Positions 27,159 through 38,751 of a stretch of 64,000 bases of DNA are shown here, piece by piece. How positions within the stretch are numbered: the stretch's first letter is position 1; every line of letters starts with the position of its first letter. Source of the DNA: Vermamoeba vermiformis (lineage: Eukaryota); the NCBI GenBank assembly GCA_045837725.1, contig JBEWZL010000084.1, positions 496,001 to 560,000 on the forward strand, given 5' to 3'. The notes under the pieces are model-generated. The model had not been told where the DNA came from and searched no databases. It was given only the letters and a program-made list of their open reading frames with translations. A program made the translations under genes and the position numbers.

Positions 27159-28976
27159 ATGTTACACCAACAACAATTTTCTCTACCCACCGGTATCGGG
27201 CTTCTCGAAGAGAAGAAAGAAACAAAGCCCGAGCTTATGATCAGCACACGACCTGAAATCCGCAAGGGTTGTGTTTGGGAAGTACAGCTGCGCTTCAGTG
27301 CCGATATAATCAAGAAGCATGGTCTGAAACAAATATACATTGAAAAGCCAAAGAACTCTGCTGCCAAGGAAGTCGCATATCTTTGCCTCAAGGTCCGATC
27401 CAAGCTCATCACGCCACGTCGCGAGCTTGCTTTCCGAAAAGTTGCAGAGATTGAGAATGACACAGAATTCCTCGAGCTCAACGAGTTTGGTGTCATCACA
27501 CTCAAGGTGCGCTTCACTCAACGACCTCGCGCCGTGTTCCACAAGCACGCAGATGTGATGATCTTGATGGTCAACTTGAAGAACAGCCGCACCGACCAGT
27601 CTATCACCTACGATGAGCACGAACTTATTTTTAGAGGCGGCACTGGCAGTCAACACTCCGCTGACAATCGCAAGAGGATGTGGACCACCACTGACAACGT
27701 TGCATCCAACGAACAACAACAGCAGTACATGCAACAAAACAGCGCACAATCTAACTCCTTCATGGACCCTCCTTCATCGGGTCTCGACTCGGAGGTGCTG
27801 AATGCCGCAGAGCTCGTGACTGATTTCTTGACTGGTCAGTCGAGTGGTCTGATGCAAGGCCATCCGTTCCAGTCCGTCAACTCGCTCATTGCCTCACCGA
27901 CCCTCGGTGGCATGTCTCTCACTTCAGGACTCGACGACTTGACGCCTCCTTCACTGGCCTCCATGGACACGCTGTGCAACTCGTTCTTGTCGAACACACC
28001 GAGCTCGATCGCAAGTCTGACGGGCAGCAGTGCGTCATCGAACTCCTTCTTGTCCGCCAACACCAACATCACCACCAGCTCTGCAGCCTTCTTGTCCTCA
28101 AACATGTCTGCACAAATGAGCGACAGTTCTGCCTTTGGACTCGATGCCTCAGATCTGCTCAACCCCTCGCGCTCTTTCTTCTCCTCGGGCACACTGCTCG
28201 ACTGTCCTTCAGACACCTTTGCGCCCCTGCCCTCCACTGCACCGTCCATGTTCTCGTCCAGTCACTCGACGACCTCCTCGTCCTCGTCTGCCTCGCTCAG
28301 TGCCACTGCCTTGCCTGCCCTCACACCGTCCTCCAACAAGTTCACGGTCGTGTTTGACAAGCGACGCGGTGCCTGCACGCGATGCAAGACTGAGTGCGAG
28401 GTGTATCAAGGCACTGGTGGCTCGTGCAACAACTGTGGCTGCTTCCCGGCCATGCACCTCGATGTGGACAAGCCCGCACACGAACAGATGTGCAAGAAGC
28501 GCAAGCACGATGCGGTGGAAGAGGACGAGACGAGCGAGTCTGACACTGATCAAGCTGTGCCCCCGATGAAGCGACGCAAGTACATCTTGGAGACCGAGTT
28601 CTATCAGAAGCTGTTCTTCAAGAGCATTGCCTTCATGACCCTCGATGAGCTCGCCTCGCTGTGCAACAACGCCCCCATTCCCCTGTTCGTGAAGGACGAG
28701 AACAGCGTCTACAAGTACGTTAACACCTCGTTCTGCAACTTCATCTTGGACACGGTGCGCAAAGACAACATTGTCAACAAGCGCACCAATCAAGTGCTCT
28801 CGGGACACGAGGCCGATGAGGTCGTCAAGATGGACAAATACCTCATGACACGCGAGGGCAAGATCATGACCTTCAACGTTGCGGTCAATCGTCAAGAGTA
28901 CCGCGTGATCAAATTGTATACTAGACTGCGTGACGGCATGAAAGTAGTCGTTGGTGCTGTCGTCTCGTCACTGTAA
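27159..28976 (+). CDS. Uncharacterised 605-aa protein: N-terminal globular domain, Ser-rich linker, Cys/His zinc-finger-like motif, NLS and C-terminal PAS-like domain
   Basis: Long single ORF. CTRCKTEC...CNNCGCFPAMH; KKRK and KRRK; LCNNAPIPLFVKDENSVYKYVNTSF is PAS-like. Confidence 0.75.
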   Translation: MLHQQQFSLPTGIGLLEEKKETKPELMISTRPEIRKGCVWEVQLRFSADIIKKHGLKQIYIEKPKNSAAKEVAYLCLKVRSKLITPRRELAFRKVAEIENDTEFLELNEFGVITLKVRFTQRPRAVFHKHADVMILMVNLKNSRTDQSITYDEHELIFRGGTGSQHSADNRKRMWTTTDNVASNEQQQQYMQQNSAQSNSFMDPPSSGLDSEVLNAAELVTDFLTGQSSGLMQGHPFQSVNSLIASPTLGGMSLTSGLDDLTPPSLASMDTLCNSFLSNTPSSIASLTGSSASSNSFLSANTNITTSSAAFLSSNMSAQMSDSSAFGLDASDLLNPSRSFFSSGTLLDCPSDTFAPLPSTAPSMFSSSHSTTSSSSSASLSATALPALTPSSNKFTVVFDKRRGACTRCKTECEVYQGTGGSCNNCGCFPAMHLDVDKPAHEQMCKKRKHDAVEEDETSESDTDQAVPPMKRRKYILETEFYQKLFFKSIAFMTLDELASLCNNAPIPLFVKDENSVYKYVNTSFCNFILDTVRKDNIVNKRTNQVLSGHEADEVVKMDKYLMTREGKIMTFNVAVNRQEYRVIKLYTRLRDGMKVVVGAVVSSL

Positions 28977-29174
28977 ATTTTGTAACCAACACCCCCTTGT
29001 ACATATACACTGTAAATAGTAAAATTGCGACCAAAATTTTGATGAAGCTTTTGGTCTTTTAACAACAATAAGCTAGAGTTCTTTGGATAAAGACCAGTTC
29101 GGCATCTAAGGCAACTCGAGTTTATTAACAAAAAAAATGATAATTATACACAGCGGTTTTTATATACAAAAAAG

Positions 29175-30250
29175 TTAAAGACTATTAATACTAGAGCGGA
29201 GAGATCGTTTGGTTTGATTCTTTCCTTTTTTAAGTATTCGTCGTCTTGCATTCGTGAACCAGTTGTTGATCTGCGTCATCGAGAGATTTGTAGCGGTACA
29301 AAGAACTGCTTTCTCCTCTTCGGTAGGATAGGGATGCATCTCGTGGTCGAAGAGCCATTTCTTGAGCGAGTTCGTGGCTGTTTCAGGCAAGTGACCGCGT
29401 CGTTTCTTGGGCTTGGGTCCTGCGCTGCTCTTGCCGTTGGTCGCTGAGCCTCGCGATTGTCCGCCTTGCAAACTGCCGCTAGAGTCGTCAGACGCCTCTT
29501 CTCCTTCCTCGATGACGCCGTTCAACGAGTCGCTGCTATCGTCGTCAAGCCATTCGTCCTCATCTCGCATGCGTTTGCCACGCCGTCTGGTGTCAGGAGT
29601 GCCATCGTCGTTTGTGAACTCAATGCCTTGCATAATATCACTGGGCTTTGGAGAAGCAGCTAGATTGATGAGCGGTGCCGAGGCTGCTGGAGAAGCGAAT
29701 TTCGAAAGATGCGACTGTTGTTGTAGCGTTACTAAGAGTGACGTTGCCCACATATCGGGATTAATGTCCATAGGTCGATGTCCAGGCAGTGACGGTATCG
29801 GAGAGGCCAGCATGGGTGGAATAAAGAAGGAAGGTTTTTGCTCATCGAAGTGGTTTCCTGCCGTTGTTAAGTCCAAGGGAACTGAACCTTCAAACGTCTG
29901 CTTAATTGGAGTTGTATCTGCAGAGCCATGCATCGATGCTTTAAGAGTGACTATTTGGGCACGTAAGTCATCCACCTGACACCGCATTCAGGTTAGAAAA
30001 AAAAAGCTCAAAAAATGTACTAATATTTCTGGATAAAATAATAAAATACCTCTTTCTGATGCTCCTTCTTAATAGCTTCGATCCTTTCATTTAGCTCCTT
30101 TTGCAGTTGGTCTTTCAACGAATCCACTATTTCTTGCAGTTGACTCGGCTCCTGTCCCTTCGCATCCGGCCGCTCGAGCAAAGAAGCGGAGTCCAACAAC
30201 GTCTTTTCTCCCAAGGGCGAAAGAGATGTCATAGTTAGTGTACTGCACAT
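29175..30250 (-). CDS. TALE-class homeodomain transcription factor; two exons
   Basis: KKRRGHLPETATNSLKKWLFDHEMHPYPTEEEK...QINNWFTNARRR. Start codon is 30250 or 30232. Confidence 0.92.
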
Positions 30251-30494
30251 TTGACTCTACCCCATTGACATGTCGCTACACTTTTTTGTGTTCGATTTTT
30301 GGCCGTCAAAAACCTGCGGGACGATCAAAAAATTGGCTGGCCAAAATTCATTTGGGAAATAATCCGGGGCAACACGGCAATTAATGATAAACGAGATCAA
30401 TGGGAGATATTAATATCATTTCTTGTACGCGGTGCAACCAAATCCAACAAAAGCAAAAGTATTTACAATCACTTACATTACTTACAAGCTCAGC

Positions 30495-32416
30495 TTAGTC
30501 GGTTATTTCAACCAAGTTCTTCTTGAGCAAGCGCTCGACCGAGACAGAAAACATCCAGTTGGAGCCTCTTTTTTTCTTCTTTTCCTCATCTCGCTCTTTC
30601 TTTCGTTTTTCTGCCTCTTCCTTCTCTTTTTGAAACGAAGTAAAGAGTAGTGCGCGATACATTGTTCTTCTCGCCTTTCTCACAGCGCTGATGTTTCGCT
30701 TCAAGAAGAGTGGTGGCTCATTGGGCTCGACACGCGTGTTGACGAGCAGCGTATCTTCCACAATGTCGTGGTAATCAATCGGCTTCGCGTTCTCCTCTTC
30801 TTCTTCCTTCCGCTCTGATCGGCCCTCACCTTCACTGTCCTCGTCGTCACTGTCGGGCAAGTCGTAGTGGTAGTCTTTGAATTGTCGCATAAAGTAGCTG
30901 ATCTGCGGCTGGGGCTGTGCTACAATGTGTCGACATCTGCGCTTGTTCTCCTGCATGCGAATCAGATCAAGGACAGGACTTGCAGCGGCACCGCGGACTT
31001 ACCGATTTGCTCGTGCTGATGAGTTCTTTGACGGGCTTGGCGCACAAGAACTTGCGACAGTTCTTAGAGCCGCAGTAACAGCGCTGTCGACTCGAGCCAA
31101 AGCGTTCAAATTGATAGTCAAAGGTGAGCTCTTCTTCCTTGGCAATGTCTTTGATCGCGAATATACCCACGCGCGTCTCACCATTCACAAACCTGTGCGT
31201 CGGAGTTAGCGCAGTTGTGCGGTGCAGTCACCTACCATTTTTGGGTAATGCAATTCGGATCGCAAGAGTGGTTGATGAAGCGCGCAATGTTGCCCTTTCT
31301 ACTCGCGTCGATGCACTCGTTGCCCGTGAGTGTCAGCGTGTAGAAGTGTGCGCGACGTCGTTTGCGCGGTGTCTCGTTGTCATCGCTCGACTCATCGCTG
31401 TCCACGCCCATGCGCTTGCGTGCCTCATCGATGCTGATCACTTCGCCCACGTATTCAATCACCAACTGACCGCTCTTAATCTCGGAGGTTGTTTTCACGC
31501 CGAGACCTTTCTTGCCTGCATCGAACAGCGTCACGTGCGGATAGTCTCTGCGCTGAAATCGCTGATTGGTGCAATAGTCGCCCGAGGGACAGTGTCCGAT
31601 CACGCACTCGATGCACATCATGCGATTGATGCACTGCGGACCACACGGCACGGCACCTGGACTGGGCTGACTGCTCAGACGCGGACAGTTGCAGACTGGC
31701 ATCTCTTCTTCTTTCAACTTGCGGGGCTTGCGATTGACAAACACGTCTAAATAAGGAACATTCAGTCACGTGATCGCGCTAGTTGCATACGTACTCTCGG
31801 TGATGGTCTCGTACTTGTGGATCCGAGTCTCAGCACTGCCCTCGCTCGCTGAGTCTTCACTGTCAACACTTGATTCGTCCGCCGAGTCCTCTGTTTGACA
31901 CGTGTCAATTGAAAGACTCTAGCCGTGTAATTGTTGCTGCACTTACCACTCTCGCTGGATTCACTTTCTTGCTGGTAAAAAAATTGGTTAATAAGGATTA
32001 ATTAATATCAATATTAATGTATGATGTATAAGTGATTTAGCGCTGCAAGTAAATTTTCTTGATTTTCCCATTTTTTTTTTTTATTTTCTGGATCTCGTTA
32101 TTTTAGAATAAAAAAGAGTACTCACCTTTGAGTTAGTATTATTGGAATCTTTTTCTTTTGAATTCGGTGAAATTTTTCTTCGCTTCGGTTGTGGTTCGTC
32201 TTCCAGATCTGCTTGTTTTCTTCTTTTGCCGCGCCCATTGCCGCGCTTTGTATTCTCTTTATCAGTGCGTCGCGTGTACGGTCTCTTTTTTCGGATCTCA
32301 CCCTCGATGATGGGCTGCTTCTTCACCTGAATCTGCTCTATGGTGCCACTTGCTTTCTCTTTTGCTGACCGACGAGGCAGTCCTCGTTCAGTATATAACG
32401 TTGATAAGTCTGTCAT
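30495..32416 (-). CDS. SET-domain histone lysine methyltransferase, SET2/ASH1 (H3K36) type; multi-exon
   Basis: AWS domain CINRMMCIEC...CTNQRFQ; EYVGEVI; GNIARFINHSCDPNC; EELTFDYQF; post-SET CYCGSKNCR. Confidence 0.9.
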
Positions 32417-32941
32417 ATTTAATAATTTGTTGTGTGCGTGTGAACGACAGAAGAGGAATAATAATAAACAAGTCGAAACAATTCTTTCAACTCTCAGAAC
32501 CATTACAAACGGATTTGAGTTTTCTGCCAAATTGCCGCACAAAATTGTTAGCGGCTTGTTAGGTTTTCAGTGAAAACCGTTTGTATTGCTAAGCTCATGT
32601 GAAGTTCATTTTCAAGTTACCTCGATTGGTATGAAAGGCGGCAAAAAGCCGAATCTTTCTAAATCGGTCGACGGCACGAGCTCGGCGATAAATTTTATCT
32701 GGTTTATAATCTCACGGAAGATTTAAAATTCCTAATTTGGTGAATTGAATTTTGAATCTGTGGAATGTACTGCATTACCTGCTGGTGATTAATACATGAA
32801 TTAGTGCGCAGATGTGTGAGCTGACCACTCTCTACTGCATGTCCACCAAGTTGGTTGCGATTCTATTTTTGGATTTTTGTAACGTTACAAACACAGCTAA
32901 TTCGGACCGAATTTTGTAATAATTTATGATCGTTGAACACA

Positions 32942-35434
32942 ATGCGATTCCACCTCGGCATATTAATAACCCTGTTTATTGCAGTGGCGGTGGCTCAACT
33001 GCCCACTAGAACGGTGAAGTTGGCGATTAGTGTTTCCACGCAAACCGCTTCATCCTTTCTGAATACTAACGGCAAAGCTGTACTTGGTGGCTTGGAGTTC
33101 TTTGCTCAACGAGCCAACAGTTGGAATATTACTGCTGACAACCAAACTATCCAGTTCACTGTTACACATCTCGAAGACTATGGCAACAGCTCGATCGTCG
33201 TACAAAACTACAAAACTTTCTTAAACGATTCTACTGTGGACTACATGTTCGGTCCGGTGACCTCTCCGCTCAGCAGATCTGCCAAGTCGGTCACAGAACC
33301 AGCAAAAAGACTGCTTATTGGTACAAAAGTCGGATCTCAGTCGTTTTATTCTGGCGCCGATTATTCCTTCTCAGTCACGACTAGCCCTCCTCGTTACGCA
33401 ACTACTACACTTCCCGAGTTCCGCATTAACAAAATTAGAAAGATTATTGTGGTGGTGGAACAAACCCCTTTTCAAATCGACATTGGCAATGGATTTGTGG
33501 TCAACGGCAAAGACTACGACGTAACTGTGGTCACACCACTCATCCCTGTGCTCTCCGACACTTTGAACGGCATTGACGACGCATTTATCAAGAATATTAC
33601 GGATACCGTAAAGATGGTGCGTGACATGGATACACCGGAGAATGCAATCGATGCCGTGGCTGTGATGAGCTTCAGCAATGTCGGCAAGCAGTTCTTGATT
33701 GCCATGCGTGATTTGGACTACACACCGAAAGCCATCTACATTAGCGCGCTGTTCATTCCCGACTTCCAGACTTACGATCCCGAACTCACTGCTTACGTGA
33801 GCGGATGCGACGTCATGGCTCCTGGCATCAATTTCTTTGATAACTACTTTACCTCTTACACTCAATTCATCGAAGATTACAACGCTGCTAACCCCGGAGC
33901 CAACGCAGACGCAAACCACGCGATCGGTACGCAACTAAAAATAGAATTCAAAATTTTAAATTTATGTTCGGCTCTTTCGGACAATTGCTTTGATGATGCG
34001 ATTGTGTTGTTGTATTAAATGATTCGCATACTAATTTAGTTTTGTAGGTGCTGTTGCTGGCCAATTGTTGGCGATCGCCATTAAAAACGCTAAGACTCTA
34101 GATAACGGCGAGGTCACCAAATACTTCAGTCGCTTGAACGAAGAGACGTTCTACGGTCCTATGCAGTTCGCTTCAGATCACGCGCAACTGAGATTCGTGC
34201 CGCTGTTGCAGTTCGTGCCCGAGCCTACGAGCTGGACCGCGCACGCACTGAGCAAGGCTAACTTCACTAACGACATTGTCGTCGTTGGTCCCTCGAGAGT
34301 GCAAGTCGTAAGTAAACCCTAAATATATATTTACCGCCAGTCTAAATATGGCACCGGGATTAACCGAGATTTCACTTGCCAAATTAGGACGACTTTGTGT
34401 ACCCCATCCCGACCTGGTCAGAGCGCGTGTACAACCCTCAAATTGCACCAGCCGAGTGGGCCATGTTCGCGCTGGCCATTGCAGGCAGTGTGTTCTCCAT
34501 CGTGCTCATGATCTACATTGCCATTCACCGCAACAACAAAGTCATTCGCGGCTCATCGGCACTCTTCTTGGGCTACCTGTTGTTCGGCACACTGCTCTCC
34601 TACGCCTCGATCTTCACTGGCAACTTGAATGCGATCAGTGTAGGTACCTGCGTGCTGACCCCGCTCTTCTTGGGCATTGGCTTCACCATCACGTTTGGCT
34701 CGCTGTTCGCCAAGTCGTGGCGCATCCACTCGCTGTACAACGACAAGACCCTCACTATTCGCGCCATCACCGACACGAAGCTCACCATCATCACTGCTGT
34801 CGTCGTCGCGGTGGAGGTCGTCATTTGCATCATCATTGCCATATTTGGCAGTGAAGTCCAGCTCGTGGTGACAGATCCGCACCGTCCCTCGCTGTGGTAC
34901 CAGAGCTGCAATGTCGACATGATCCTCTCGCCTGTCTCGTGGTCCTTTGTCATCATAGCCCTCGGATACAACGCGGTGGTCATGGCCTACGGTGTCTATC
35001 TCGCCATTCGCATCCGCTCCGTGCCGCACAAGGTGTACAACGAGTCACGTCAGCTCGCGTTTGTGATCTACGCGCTCGTCGTGCTCGCGGCCCTCATTGT
35101 CGCGCTGCAGTTCATCCCATCGATCAATCGCGTCGAGAAGTACGTCATCAGATCTGTCGGCATTGTGGTGGCCAACTTGACGACCATCATCGTGATCATC
35201 GGCAACAAGCTGCACATGATGCGCCGCTTGAAGGACAACAAGGACGAGTCGTTCAGATCAGATCGCAGCATGAACATGACGTCCGTCAACACCAACAGCA
35301 GCGACAACACCAAGCTCGAACAAGAGAACGAAGAGCTGCGCAAAGAGGTGGAGAAGTTGAAGGCCGAATTGAGTGCTGTGAAGAAGCAACAACAAGCTGA
35401 CGATAACAGCAGCGAGGCTCGTCCTGAAGTTTAA
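32942..35434 (+). CDS. Family-3 (GABA-B/Grl-like) GPCR with a type-1 periplasmic-binding-protein-like ectodomain; three exons
   Basis: Signal peptide; VDYMFGPVTSPLS; ETFYGPMQF; YPIPTWSER; 7TM motifs FGSLFAKSWRI and YNESRQL. Confidence 0.88.
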
Positions 35435-35733
35435 TATTCGTATTAATAATTATTTCTAATTTTGTCAGATGTAGTTCTTGATTGACTTGAACTGCATGAC
35501 AAGTACAATGCTTCACCATCATGTGTTATATTAAATATTAATTTGTTGGAATATTGAATATTTCTCATTGATCCACACACGGAGAAACTTCCGAGACAGC
35601 GAGCAGTGACGAGTTATATTTAGCAGCAGATACCGAGGAATATAATTTAGTTGTGCTGTTGCATCAGGGCAGTGAATCAACAAGATTTAAGTCGCTTCAA
35701 TTGCCCACTGCTCATTCAATTCAACCCCCAGTC

Positions 35734-36450
35734 ATGTCCGCACACACACTGCTCGTAGTATTGTTGGGCGCAACACTCGCGCTCAACACCGTGCACGCTG
35801 CGTATCAGTACCCGCTCTACACCGACGCGCGCTGGAAGAACTTCCGCGATGACATTCCCTTCCACATCCGTGCTGAAAACATGCGCGCAGCACTGGCCGT
35901 GCAGTTGCGAGGGCAAGGTCCGTGCCCATTCGGTGCATTTGGCGCGCTTGTCGTCAACCGCACTTCAAATGAAGTGATCTGCATGAACAGTGGCCAGCGA
36001 GAGGCCCCCAAGAACCCTGCGCTGCACGCTGAGAATGCCGCATTGAACAACTGCTCGGATATATTCAGAAATCAATACGGCATCACCAACATTGGCCAAA
36101 GACCTGACATCTGGAACCAACTCGACATGTATGCCACTGGTGAACCCTGTCCTATGGATTGTGGTGCACTGTTGTGGGCCAAGTTTAACACAGTCGTGTG
36201 GTCCGTCAGCATTCCAAAGCTGATCGAGAAGGGTTTTCAACAGATGAACATCCAATGCAAAGAGATTGCAGAGACATGGAAAGAGAACGATTATCCTACG
36301 CGCTGGATTGGTAACTTCTTGGAAGATGAAATCGTGCCCTATTTCTCTTGGCAATACGACCAAGAAGCGCGTTGCCCTTTCGGATGCCGCCGAGTTCCTA
36401 ATCCCAACGCACCCAGTTCTACTACATGTGCTGACGATCCCCGATATTAG
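35734..36450 (+). CDS. Secreted cytidine-deaminase-fold protein (guanine/nucleoside deaminase-like)
   Basis: Signal peptide; PFGAFGALVVN; HAE; YATGEPCPMD(C); Cys-rich C-terminus. Confidence 0.82.
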   Translation: MSAHTLLVVLLGATLALNTVHAAYQYPLYTDARWKNFRDDIPFHIRAENMRAALAVQLRGQGPCPFGAFGALVVNRTSNEVICMNSGQREAPKNPALHAENAALNNCSDIFRNQYGITNIGQRPDIWNQLDMYATGEPCPMDCGALLWAKFNTVVWSVSIPKLIEKGFQQMNIQCKEIAETWKENDYPTRWIGNFLEDEIVPYFSWQYDQEARCPFGCRRVPNPNAPSSTTCADDPRY

Positions 36451-36723
36451 ATTTGTCAACCTCTACTGTTGTATAATTAAATATAGAGAAAATAAAAGTG
36501 AATTTAAGCAAAGTTAAGTTATTCCGCCTTTAAATTGCAATACTCCGCTCACATTTTATTGGATTGACAACGTTAGCTCGAGTACAATGATGTAGTAACG
36601 ATTTTAATGTTATTCTGGGTATTTTATTCAAGTCAAAATCAAATCCAGCGTTTTTCCGCAAAACTAATGTACAAAATATTCGAACCACTGCTATCATACA
36701 ATATATAGATGACTGTATATATG

Positions 36724-38751
36724 TTAAGGCTCCATCTCCTCGCCTTCGTTGCTCTGCGTGGTGTGTTCCGTGGTGACAGTGTTCTGTTTGCCGCTGTGCT
36801 GCGTGGTGGATGTGCCTCCCGACACGTGACGCGCAGACATGCGTTTGTCACCCTTGATATTCAATCGCCACACCTTTGGTCCGAACACAAAGCCCAACAG
36901 ACTCATCGAGACAGCAAATATGCTGATGGTGAATGCACCGACCTCGGCCAACAAGTTGTACGTGACCATGAAGTTGACCATGAGCGTGAAGACCGCGAAC
37001 AGCACGGTGACCATGATGCACCAGCCAATCTCTTTGGACTCTTTGTACTGCTTGAACTGACTCTTGATGTCGCGCGTCTTGTACGAGACCACGGTGCCGA
37101 TGATGAGCAGCACACCCTTGGGCACGAAAAAGATCACCACGGGCCAGACACCGACCGAGCGACACGCCAAGTAGAGCTGATTGGTGCTCAAGAACGGCGA
37201 GTCCGTCACTTGCACCACGCGCATGGGATCGATGGCCTGCCACAGAATCAGAATCACCACCTCCAAGCTCAGCATGGGGAAGATGCCCTTCAAGATGAGC
37301 GCGCGATCCGAGTCCGCAATCTTGGTGTCGAGTGAACTCACGCTGAAGATGCGCCAGATGCGATAGTTCTTCACGATGAGACCGCCGTAGCTGATGGAGA
37401 AGCCGAGGCCACCGAGCCAGGCGCGCAACATGCAGAACGAGTCCGTGGGTCTGCCGAGCCAGAAGTAGCTGCTGAGTGCGCCCAAGATGACGCCGACCAG
37501 CACCAGCACGCAGAAGATGTACGCGGAGGAGCGAATGACGACCGTGTTGCGATAGACGAGCGTGTCGATGATCATGCACACCGCGAGCAGCATCACCACG
37601 CCGTTCAAGATGAGCACGGCCAGACCCAGGCCCTCGTCGTAGTGCACGTAGATCTCAGTCGTGATGTCGGCCAGCGTCAAGTTGCGCGGATTGTACACGC
37701 CCTCAAAGTACTTGCGCTGCGTGCGCGCCTCATTAGGGGTCATGCAGGTCAAGTTCGTGGTGCGCGGGAAGTAGTTGGCCAAGTCGCCGCAGAACACCAT
37801 GTCCGTCTTGGCAGCAATGGCGTTCTTGGCCGCAGTGACCGCGCGCTCAAAGTCGTTGGGTGCTAGCGTGGAGAAGGCACTCAGCTGCATCAACTTGTCG
37901 AAGCCGTACTGCAGCTCCACGCCGCCCTGGAAGGTGTTGTTCAGAATGCTGTACACGACTGTCTCGTAGATGTACAGCCAGTCATATACGACGGAGAATA
38001 GGACGTTCTCGTTGATGTCGTATCTGAAGTCCGCCGCGATGCCGACCACGTCGATCTGCTTGACTTTGGCCCACTCGTCCAGCGCGTACTGGCCTTGACT
38101 GATGCCGCAATCAACACCGAACTGATCGACCATGTAGTCGGCGGAGGCACGTTCAATGGGCGGATTGTAAAAGTCGTTCGTGTACATGAGGATCACTTGC
38201 ACATCTGGATTCGCTTTGCGTGCACCGGCGTAGACAGAGTTAGCAATGGCCCAGCTGTTGCCAGTGGGTGAGAGCGACACGAGACCAATCACTCCGCTCT
38301 TAGTGCGCATGCCGCACGCTTGACCAGCGAGGTAATAGGATTCAATGGGGATGGGGCCGGCATTGATCGAGTTGGGCATGGAGGAGTTGGCCTTGGCACC
38401 AAAGGACAGAATGTGCTGATTGGGGAAGCGATAGGCGAGGTCTACAGGGGTCTGCGCGTAGTCACTGCTCGTCGTCACCACGAGCTCGATCTGCTCCTGG
38501 TTGAGGATGTCGGTGAAGGTCTGCGTCAAGTTGTTCTGGTCGTAAGATTGAAATATCTGGCACGTAGAGTCAATGCCGCTGTTGACGAGGGTGCGGTGCA
38601 GGGTAGCACGGGCCATTTCGTGTGTTCTGGACCACGCATCTTGTCCGATCGGATCGGAATACGCGACCAACATATTGAACTGCACCGCGCAAATGTTGCT
38701 CATATACAATGCAGTGCACAGGACTGTGAGTAGTGCGTGGAATGCGCGCAT
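36724..38751 (-). CDS. Family-3 GPCR (Grl-like) with a BMP/PnrA-like ectodomain; single exon
   Basis: DAWSRTHEMAR, SYYLAGQACG, FYNPPIER, VLFSVVYDW; 7TM motifs YGGLIVKNYRIWRIF and KESKEIG. Confidence 0.88.
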   Translation of the reverse strand: MRAFHALLTVLCTALYMSNICAVQFNMLVAYSDPIGQDAWSRTHEMARATLHRTLVNSGIDSTCQIFQSYDQNNLTQTFTDILNQEQIELVVTTSSDYAQTPVDLAYRFPNQHILSFGAKANSSMPNSINAGPIPIESYYLAGQACGMRTKSGVIGLVSLSPTGNSWAIANSVYAGARKANPDVQVILMYTNDFYNPPIERASADYMVDQFGVDCGISQGQYALDEWAKVKQIDVVGIAADFRYDINENVLFSVVYDWLYIYETVVYSILNNTFQGGVELQYGFDKLMQLSAFSTLAPNDFERAVTAAKNAIAAKTDMVFCGDLANYFPRTTNLTCMTPNEARTQRKYFEGVYNPRNLTLADITTEIYVHYDEGLGLAVLILNGVVMLLAVCMIIDTLVYRNTVVIRSSAYIFCVLVLVGVILGALSSYFWLGRPTDSFCMLRAWLGGLGFSISYGGLIVKNYRIWRIFSVSSLDTKIADSDRALILKGIFPMLSLEVVILILWQAIDPMRVVQVTDSPFLSTNQLYLACRSVGVWPVVIFFVPKGVLLIIGTVVSYKTRDIKSQFKQYKESKEIGWCIMVTVLFAVFTLMVNFMVTYNLLAEVGAFTISIFAVSMSLLGFVFGPKVWRLNIKGDKRMSARHVSGGTSTTQHSGKQNTVTTEHTTQSNEGEEMEP

